From: Deltaproteobacteria bacterium
Lineage (GTDB): Bacteria; Bdellovibrionota; JACOXK01
DNA: 64,000 nucleotides
Assembly (NCBI GenBank): GCA_016182335.1
Contig: JACOXK010000057.1
Span: forward strand, 706 to 64,705
Reading direction: 5' to 3'
The notes below the pieces were generated by a model. That model did no database searches. It was not told the DNA's origin and worked only from the letters and a program-made list of their open reading frames with translations. The position numbers were made by a program, and so were the translations under genes. Within the stretch, counting starts at the first letter, position 1; each line of letters starts with the position of its first letter. Below, piece after piece: positions 57,343 to 64,000 of the stretch.

Positions 57343-57416
57343 TGGGCCCAGTAGGACTTGAACCTACGACCCACCGGTTATGAGCCGGTTGCTCTAACCA
57401 ACTGAGCTATGGGCCC
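57343..57416 (-). tRNA. tRNA-Met (anticodon CAT; elongator Met or lysidine-modified Ile2 type), no encoded CCA
   Basis: The reverse complement reads GGGCCCATAGCTCAGTTGGTTAGAGCAACCGGCTCATAACCGGTGGGTCGTAGGTTCAAGTCCTACTGGGCCCA. It folds as a cloverleaf. 74 nt. Confidence 0.85.
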
Positions 57417-57434
57417 CTCACAAAAATCCCTCGG

Positions 57435-59390
57435 TTAAGATTCGGTATTGCTACTACCCCCGCCTGTATTTTCATCTTCAAGAAAAGCTCGAAGTTTTTT
57501 ACTGCGGCTAGGATGTCGAAGTTTTCTCAATGCCTTAGCCTCAATCTGACGAATCCTCTCTCGAGTAACATTAAAGTCTTTACCGACCTCCTCTAAAGTA
57601 TGATCTGATTCTTCTCCAATTCCAAAACGCATACGCAAAACCTTCTCTTCACGGGGAGTTAATGTCGACAATATCCTTCTTGTTTGTTCTGAGAGAGAAA
57701 GGTTCATCATAGCTGTCGATGGGTTCACAACTTTTTTGTCTTCAATAAAATCACCTAAATGGCTGTCCTCTTCTTCGCCAATAGGTGTTTCTAAAGAAAT
57801 AGGTTCTTTTGCAATTTTCAAAACATTTCGCACTTTGTCCACAGGTAAGTCCATTTTTTGAGAAATTTCTTCTGGTGTTGGCTCACGCCCTAATTCTTGC
57901 ACCAAAATTCGAGAAGTACGAATGAGCTTATTGAGAGTTTCAATCATGTGAACTGGAATACGAATTGTTCGAGCTTGATCAGCAATGGCCCGAGTAATAG
58001 CTTGCCTAATCCACCAGGTCGCATAAGTACTAAACTTATAACCTCTTCTGTATTCAAATTTATCAACAGCTTTCATAAGGCCAATATTGCCTTCCTGGAT
58101 AAGATCTAAAAACTGCAAGCCCCTGTTTGTGTATTTTTTGGCAATACTTACAACCAAACGAAGATTTGCCTCAATTAATTCATTTTTAGCAATGTCTGCT
58201 TTTTGCTCAGCCGTTTTAATTCTGACATAAGTGTCTTTAAGTTTATCAATGGGTAAATTAGCTTCAACTTCGATTTGCTTAAAATCTTTTCTGATATTTT
58301 TTTTCTTTTTATCAAGTTGTAAAATTTTTTCCTCTGATAACTTTGTTCTGGCAAGGTGCTTTTGCACGTTTTTATCATCAGAACTTACAATTTTAATAAA
58401 CTGTCGAAACTCTAATTCGTTTTTAAATCGCGCCTTTCGCAGACAGTTTTGAATTTCCCTCTCACCATTGTTGATGACAGTTACATAATCTCGAAATTTA
58501 TCGACAATTTTGTTGATAGTCTTACGGTTCAAATTCAGTTTGCGAAATACTTTAACGACTTCTATCCTTTCTTCTGCAAGCTGGCTTCGCAAATCCAGGA
58601 GTTGCTTTTTCTTAAGACTGCGAATCGACATTTTGTTTTCAATTTCAGCGATTCGGTCCTGATAAGATTCAAGTTTTTTGATAGCTTTTAATGTTTTGTT
58701 AACATAGGTGTCTTCGTTCTCCATGCTGTCTTCTTCATCAACATCACGCAGAATATCTCGAATGCGAATCTTTCTTTTTTTAAGTCTTTCGCCCAAGTGT
58801 AAAATTTCATTGATGCCGATTGTGGAGCCCAAAACGATGTCCAAAACTTCAATTTCACCTTCTTCAATTTTTTTCGCAATATCGACTTCCCCAGTTCGAG
58901 TGAGGAGTGAAACAGATCCCATTTTCTTTAAGTAAAGTCGGACCGGGTCATTGGATTTTGCAGAAGTATCCTCTTCATACTCATAAACTTCTTCTGTTTC
59001 TGCAGCGTCATCCTTTGTTTTTTCAAATTCATCTTCACTTTCAACGACGTTGATCTCCATTTCATCAAACATATGCATAACTTCATCAAGGGCCTCTGTG
59101 GAATCAACATCCTCGGGCAAGGCTTTATCGATTTCGTCATAGGTGAGAAACTTCTTCTCTTTTCCAAGGTCGACTAACTTTTGAAGGTTTTTGCTTTTTT
59201 TGAAATCAAGAAGTCCCTTGGATTTTTCCCCTTGGGCTCCAAGATCTTGTTTTTTACCCACTTGCAATGGATCCTTCTCTTTTGAAATTTTTCCTTTCTT
59301 TTCATGGGAAGTTTTTGTAGAGTTTTTTTCGTTCTTTTTGTTAATCTTCACCGTGTGAGCTCCTATTTTTTTCTTTTTTGTTTCTTTCAT
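57435..59390 (-). CDS. rpoD: RNA polymerase sigma factor RpoD (sigma-70), Lys/Glu-rich N-terminus
   Basis: Region 2 is [71 protein letters not shown]. Region 4 is [28 protein letters not shown]. 651 aa. Confidence 0.95.
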   Translation of the reverse strand: MKETKKKKIGAHTVKINKKNEKNSTKTSHEKKGKISKEKDPLQVGKKQDLGAQGEKSKGLLDFKKSKNLQKLVDLGKEKKFLTYDEIDKALPEDVDSTEALDEVMHMFDEMEINVVESEDEFEKTKDDAAETEEVYEYEEDTSAKSNDPVRLYLKKMGSVSLLTRTGEVDIAKKIEEGEIEVLDIVLGSTIGINEILHLGERLKKRKIRIRDILRDVDEEDSMENEDTYVNKTLKAIKKLESYQDRIAEIENKMSIRSLKKKQLLDLRSQLAEERIEVVKVFRKLNLNRKTINKIVDKFRDYVTVINNGEREIQNCLRKARFKNELEFRQFIKIVSSDDKNVQKHLARTKLSEEKILQLDKKKKNIRKDFKQIEVEANLPIDKLKDTYVRIKTAEQKADIAKNELIEANLRLVVSIAKKYTNRGLQFLDLIQEGNIGLMKAVDKFEYRRGYKFSTYATWWIRQAITRAIADQARTIRIPVHMIETLNKLIRTSRILVQELGREPTPEEISQKMDLPVDKVRNVLKIAKEPISLETPIGEEEDSHLGDFIEDKKVVNPSTAMMNLSLSEQTRRILSTLTPREEKVLRMRFGIGEESDHTLEEVGKDFNVTRERIRQIEAKALRKLRHPSRSKKLRAFLEDENTGGGSSNTES

Positions 59391-61159
59391 AATTTTTTTT
59401 GAGTTTTACCTTCCTCCTTTAATTTTTTTTGCTGCAAAACCAAATTCTGATAGGCCTGCAATATTTTAGGATCATCCTCTTTTTTCAATTCTGTAAGTAG
59501 TTGGCTTTGTACACGAATCAAAAATCGCAAGCGAATTTTTTTACAACAATCATTAACCAGTCTTTCGCCAAGGCTTTGAAGAGATGCCTCCAGGAGAAGA
59601 CGTGCAACAAAAGATGGTTGATCACAGAGCCCTACTATATCGGAACTTTTGAAATTTTCTTTTTCAACATAAAGTTTCATGAGAAGCTCAGCCACCCGTC
59701 TTAATTCTGAGTGAGAAATCAAATCAATAATATCCGCCTCCCGAATCAAGTCGATAAACTTTTTATCTTGAAGCAAGGCTAGCACAACTGTTTTTTCTGA
59801 CATATCCATTGAATTAACTTCAGATTTTGGAATAGATTTGCTCTCGGGCAGTCGCTGGCTGTGTTTCATTCGATCCATTAACAGATGAACCCTATTTTCT
59901 TCAATGTCTAATCTTTCTGCAATTTCTTTAATATAGAGATTTCTCTGAATGAGGTGGGGGACCTCTTGAACATAAGGTAAAATTTCATCTAAAACTTTTG
60001 ATTTTCCAGTAATAGAATTTCCACAGTCTTGTGACAATGAATCAAGCAGATAGAGCACATAATCTTTTGAGTTCTTAATTAATTTCAAGAGTTTTTCTGC
60101 GCCATATTTTTTAATGTAATCGTCTGGGTCCAAGCTATCAGGAAGAATAACAATTTGTCCGCTCATTTCTTCTTTTAATAAAAGGCTTAAACTGCGTTTT
60201 ACAGCTTCAATACCTGCCTTATCGCCATCAAAAAGCATTATGATGCTACGAGTATAACGTTTGATCAACCGGATTTGATCTTGTGTCAAAGCCGTGCCTA
60301 AGGGAGCCACAACGTTTTTAATGCCTTTGTCGTAAAGGGAAAGAACGTCAAAATATCCTTCGACAACGATCACAGAATCATTTTCAGCAATATGTGCTCT
60401 GGCCTGTGCCAATCCGTACAGATTAAGACTTTTATTATAAACGGGAGAATCCTTAGAATTGAGGTATTTTGGCTGCCCTTCTTTTTCTAGTGTTCTTGCA
60501 CCAAAGCCCACAATATTTAGGTGAGTATTCTGAATGGGAAACATAAGCCTATTTCGAAAGTAATCATAGATGTTATCATTATTTTTTGACACAGCAGCTA
60601 ACCCTGATTCTAAGATAAGGTCACGAGAAACTTTCTTTTTCAAAAGAGCTCCCGATAAAAACTGCCACAAATTTGGAGAAAAGCCCAGTTTAAATTCTTC
60701 TCTTGTCTTCATTCCAATGCCTCGGTTTTCAAGGTAATGCCTGGGCTCTAAGGCGTTTGCATCCTTCATAAGGTATCGGTGATATTGTTCCATTCCCCAT
60801 CGATTCATTTTTAAAATGGTTTCTTTTTTGTTCTGAGTTTCTGTTTGTTTCTTTTCATTTCTATCGTCGTTTTCAATTTTAACCCCTGCCTTGGGTGCCA
60901 GTTTTTTCACTGCTTCCACAAAAGAAAGGGATTCAACTTTCATGAGAAATGTAAAAACATTACCCCCTGCACCACAGCCAAAACAATGAAAAATCTGCTT
61001 TTCAGAGCTTACTACGAAGGACGGAGTCTTTTCGCCATGGAAGGGGCATAGTCCCTTAGAGTTTCTCCCCGCCGATTTCAAACTTATGTATTCAGAGATC
61101 ACATCGACAATATCAAGTCGCTCTTTGATAAGATCAATTTGATCTTCTGGTATCATCAT
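59387..61159 (-). CDS. dnaG: DNA primase
   Basis: Zinc ribbon [38 protein letters not shown], a TOPRIM domain ([18 protein letters not shown]). 590 aa. Overlaps the rpoD start. Confidence 0.95.
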   Translation of the reverse strand: MMIPEDQIDLIKERLDIVDVISEYISLKSAGRNSKGLCPFHGEKTPSFVVSSEKQIFHCFGCGAGGNVFTFLMKVESLSFVEAVKKLAPKAGVKIENDDRNEKKQTETQNKKETILKMNRWGMEQYHRYLMKDANALEPRHYLENRGIGMKTREEFKLGFSPNLWQFLSGALLKKKVSRDLILESGLAAVSKNNDNIYDYFRNRLMFPIQNTHLNIVGFGARTLEKEGQPKYLNSKDSPVYNKSLNLYGLAQARAHIAENDSVIVVEGYFDVLSLYDKGIKNVVAPLGTALTQDQIRLIKRYTRSIIMLFDGDKAGIEAVKRSLSLLLKEEMSGQIVILPDSLDPDDYIKKYGAEKLLKLIKNSKDYVLYLLDSLSQDCGNSITGKSKVLDEILPYVQEVPHLIQRNLYIKEIAERLDIEENRVHLLMDRMKHSQRLPESKSIPKSEVNSMDMSEKTVVLALLQDKKFIDLIREADIIDLISHSELRRVAELLMKLYVEKENFKSSDIVGLCDQPSFVARLLLEASLQSLGERLVNDCCKKIRLRFLIRVQSQLLTELKKEDDPKILQAYQNLVLQQKKLKEEGKTQKKL

Positions 61160-61198
61160 TATTAATTACTTAATGATTTATTTTTTTTGATGAATTAA

Positions 61199-61432
61199 TT
61201 AATAAAACGTTTTTTTCTTTTTAAGAGCGCGTTTTATGGCAGCTACGGCTTTTTTCTTTTTTCGAACACTGGGCTTTTCATAGTGTTCTCTTTTTCGAAT
61301 CTCTGAAAGTATTCCAGCTTTCTCACATTGTTTCTTAAATCTTTTAAGAGCTCCTTCAAAGGATTCTCCTTCTTTGATTTTTATTCCAGGCATGCGTTTC
61401 TCTCCCCTCCAATTTGAAGCATTAGATTTCAC
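61199..61432 (-). CDS. rpsU: 30S ribosomal protein S21
   Basis: [48 protein letters not shown]... is a canonical S21. It heads the rpsU-dnaG-rpoD operon. Confidence 0.9.
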   Translation of the reverse strand: MKSNASNWRGEKRMPGIKIKEGESFEGALKRFKKQCEKAGILSEIRKREHYEKPSVRKKKKAVAAIKRALKKKKTFY

Positions 61433-61657
61433 GACTACTAAAGGCCTAAAATAAAGTCAATTTATTCATCCTTTTAGAATACCTTGGGCTTTACGCCCAA
61501 GGACTAATGATGCGAATAACCCCGAGTCTCGTCGAAGCGTAGCGGCGACGGACGAGAGGGTCTCCTGCGTAAATGACGTGGATTCATTTGCCTTAATAGT
61601 AGCCATGTGTTAGGGATTCCCCACCGCTTTTTATGCGTGCATCATAGGAACTTATTC

Positions 61658-62932
61658 ATGAAAAAAATTGCTTTATTCGCCTTGGTGACAGTACTACTTT
61701 TTATGGGCTGCAGGTCCTCTTCACCAGAGTTTGATTCAAGCAATGAAGCCATAGCGACTGAAGCAAAAAACATCTTATCTTCTGAATATTATTTTCCTGA
61801 TGGACAAGCTAAGAGGCTTTCAGGGCTTCGAGATGCCTACGTGAGAAATGTTCTTGAAGAAGCACGAAGGGAACTAAATTCTTATACAGCTAGTGGTGAT
61901 GAGCAGCGATTACAAAAGGCCCAATGCCTTATTGAGAATGCCAAAAAAATCTCTGATGCCACCTATATTTCTCCCAATAGTTTGGGGAGTGAGCCTGAAA
62001 TAAATTTTCAACAAGGTGTAAAACATGTCAATTTTGATTGGCAATGGCCTGCAACGAACTATTGGGTCTATATAAACCCAGATGATCCAAATAATAGATT
62101 TAATAATGATTCCAAGACTACCGTGTTTTCAGATTTTCTTATTTATGGGAGTATTTCAGTCATTGGGTCACCCATCTTTTTACCCTTGCTGGTTGTTATA
62201 TCATCAACGTGTGCTAGCTTTGATGTCATCTATAGCTTTCTCTCTTGGGATACAGAGCCTGGGGACCCTGCTTTCATCCCACTTTCACCCATCGATCAAA
62301 GTTTAAAAATTAAATTAGCTGCTTTTGATAGCCAGATTTTGGGTGCGCAATCTTCACAATTTTCTTCTGAGAACTCACAACTGAATAACACAACTGGTGA
62401 ATTAGGCACTGGCAATGGTTCCTCCACTTTTGAACTCGTTATGACGTACACAGTTGAAGCATTGGGCGAGCTTGAAAATGCCTTTCGAGGAACTATTCTC
62501 TTGGATATTCCAGAAATTATTCACCCAACAGAAAAAAGCGTGTGGTCACCTTCTACGTGGTTTTCTTCAGATAGTGAAAGTGTTTACAGCCTTTGGGCAA
62601 AGGCCTGTAGTTTTGTTGATCGTCATTATAGTACATTTTCAGGTCGTGAAATTTTTGATGTGTATGATCACGTTAGCGTCGATGGGAAAAACTCTGCCAT
62701 CATAAGGCTTAGAAAAATATATGAAGTGGGCCCTGATTCTTTAAAAAAAGAGTCCGTGGGCTTTATTAATTTCAAACTGAAGGATTTTGAGATGCCGGGT
62801 GTGCATCTTCAAATAAGACAAGTTTTAGATACATCTGTGCAGAATAATGAAAGTTTCCAAGAAGCACCTGAATCTGCTGTGCAGGATCCACTTTTAGAGG
62901 GATATAAGTATTTGGGGGGGGAGAAGAATTGA
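61658..62932 (+). CDS. hypothetical lipoprotein (~424 aa)
   Basis: Internal Met start gives MKKIALFALVTVLLFMGCRSS, a lipobox. No confident domain. Confidence 0.5.
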   Translation: MKKIALFALVTVLLFMGCRSSSPEFDSSNEAIATEAKNILSSEYYFPDGQAKRLSGLRDAYVRNVLEEARRELNSYTASGDEQRLQKAQCLIENAKKISDATYISPNSLGSEPEINFQQGVKHVNFDWQWPATNYWVYINPDDPNNRFNNDSKTTVFSDFLIYGSISVIGSPIFLPLLVVISSTCASFDVIYSFLSWDTEPGDPAFIPLSPIDQSLKIKLAAFDSQILGAQSSQFSSENSQLNNTTGELGTGNGSSTFELVMTYTVEALGELENAFRGTILLDIPEIIHPTEKSVWSPSTWFSSDSESVYSLWAKACSFVDRHYSTFSGREIFDVYDHVSVDGKNSAIIRLRKIYEVGPDSLKKESVGFINFKLKDFEMPGVHLQIRQVLDTSVQNNESFQEAPESAVQDPLLEGYKYLGGEKN

Positions 62933-63048
62933 TGAATTATATTGTCGCGGGTCCTGCCTGCCTTCACCCCCAACCGACGGCTTCGGCCAGTAGGCCTGCA
63001 GGCGCTCGTTGGGGGACCCCCTACGGCAGTCACCCGCTTCTAATATAT

Positions 63049-64000
63049 GTGTTTTTTAGTATTTTGGTTGGGTGGTCGTTTGCAAGGGGGGAGAAAACGA
63101 ATGTTGAGCTTGTTCAGGAAGGCCTGATAGAAAGTATTACCCTTCTTAAAGATCCCAAACCTACAACATTAAAATTTGAAAAATCTGTAAAAAACTTTCG
63201 AAATATTCTCTCGACAATGAGAGAAAATTGCACCCAGAATAATCCTGTCCAAGCTATCGAACTTGTTGATTTTGGGCTCGACCTTGTCCATTTAGCTTTG
63301 TGGGAGATAGAAAAGAGTGAATCAGATCAAGCTTTGTTTGATAAAAAATGGGGACGTGGGTTTTTTGCCTATTTTAAAGTTTTAAGTAATGCGTTGGCTG
63401 GGATAGAAAAAACGCATGAAATTAAAAATTTCGTTCGCGTGCGCACAAGTACAGGAGACATTATAGATTCCAAGGGTAGGCAACAACACGATTGGTCTGT
63501 GCAGAAAATTTACAATAGCTTTCTCGCATTTAAATCATGCCCTAATGATTTTGACCATAGAGAGCGTGTACAAGATTGTCTTAATGCTTTTTTGAGAACG
63601 CTTGAAAATGAAAAACAATTTCTCAGAGGCCCAGCCTCGTTTCTTCCTGAATACCGTAAGGCCCAGGGTGAAAAGATTGAGGTAGAACTAACAAAATTTA
63701 TTTCTTCCGGTAAGGCATATTGGCAATATCCGATTGATTCAATTGAGAGGTTTAAATCCTTATGGGAAGATCTTATTTTGAAAGTTTTAAAATTCCCTCT
63801 AGATTCTTTTCCTTTGGTTTTAAACTCTGAAAATACGTTTTATTCTCAACCTTGCAATATGATAAATCTCGCTACCCTCCTCCAAGAATCTTACGAAACC
63901 TATAAAAAAGAGGGTTTAGAAGACAATGGAATCTATTCACTCAAGGCTCTTAACAGTTTTACAATGTGGGGAGTGAAAAAAATCTTGAATGATGAAAACA
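63049..64000 (+). CDS. hypothetical protein, 3' end beyond window
   Basis: Open frame from a GTG/TTG start (63049 or 63064), after a TAATAT -10-like hexamer, to the window end with no stop (more than 310 aa). No recognisable domain. Confidence 0.3.
   Translation, partial: MFFSILVGWSFARGEKTNVELVQEGLIESITLLKDPKPTTLKFEKSVKNFRNILSTMRENCTQNNPVQAIELVDFGLDLVHLALWEIEKSESDQALFDKKWGRGFFAYFKVLSNALAGIEKTHEIKNFVRVRTSTGDIIDSKGRQQHDWSVQKIYNSFLAFKSCPNDFDHRERVQDCLNAFLRTLENEKQFLRGPASFLPEYRKAQGEKIEVELTKFISSGKAYWQYPIDSIERFKSLWEDLILKVLKFPLDSFPLVLNSENTFYSQPCNMINLATLLQESYETYKKEGLEDNGIYSLKALNSFTMWGVKKILNDEN

Noticed and set aside
1-64000. Search for a CRISPR array, integrase or transposase
   Set aside because: No regularly spaced short repeats and no recombinase or transposase-like ORFs were seen. 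The only direct repeats are the 110-bp cassette repeats, the 44-bp tRNA-end duplication and the 16-bp promoter repeat.

Overview
This is an AT-rich (~37-38% GC) bacterial chromosomal segment that is densely coding on both strands. Most of it is housekeeping: ftsK (3' partial), suhB-like, sdhCAB, copA, lepA-lepB, pyrB-pyrC-carA-(unknown)-carB, type-2 ileS, two tandem lspA paralogs followed by lgt, asnS, an opp/dpp-like ABC importer, rnhA, rnpB (RNase P RNA), nif3, the rpsU-dnaG-rpoD operon and two tRNA-Met genes (one initiator-type, one CAT-anticodon). The remainder is many small secreted or lipoprotein genes of unknown function. Several regions stand out and are detailed under findings. (1) A fused NuoB-NuoD gene with no NuoC, followed directly by a NuoG-like gene, with no other nuo genes nearby. 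(2) A 1.4-kb two-gene cassette (secreted L,D-transpeptidase-like protein plus overlapping secreted HEAT-like protein) with its own promoter, inserted between carB and a membrane-protein gene and bracketed by ~110-bp direct repeats (~93% identical); the right copy is the real 3' end of the neighbouring gene and the left copy is a displaced duplicate. This is my best candidate for a mobile effector/immunity-type module. (3) A putative accessory islet between nif3 and tRNA-Met carrying a BrnT/BrnA toxin-antitoxin pair, ending in a 44-bp duplication of the tRNA 3' end that brackets a 130-bp GC-rich three-hairpin insert. (4) A frameshifted PIN-like gene with a small partner ORF. (5) Long GC-rich hairpins flanking asnS. 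(6) rnhA overlapping the 5' end of rnpB. (7) An alkaline-phosphatase-family gene with a C8 homopolymer in the CDS and a Pho-box-like TGTCAC direct repeat upstream. No CRISPR array, integrase or transposase was seen. I cannot assign the lineage from the sequence alone. My own coordinates may be off by about 1 nt relative to the ORF track.
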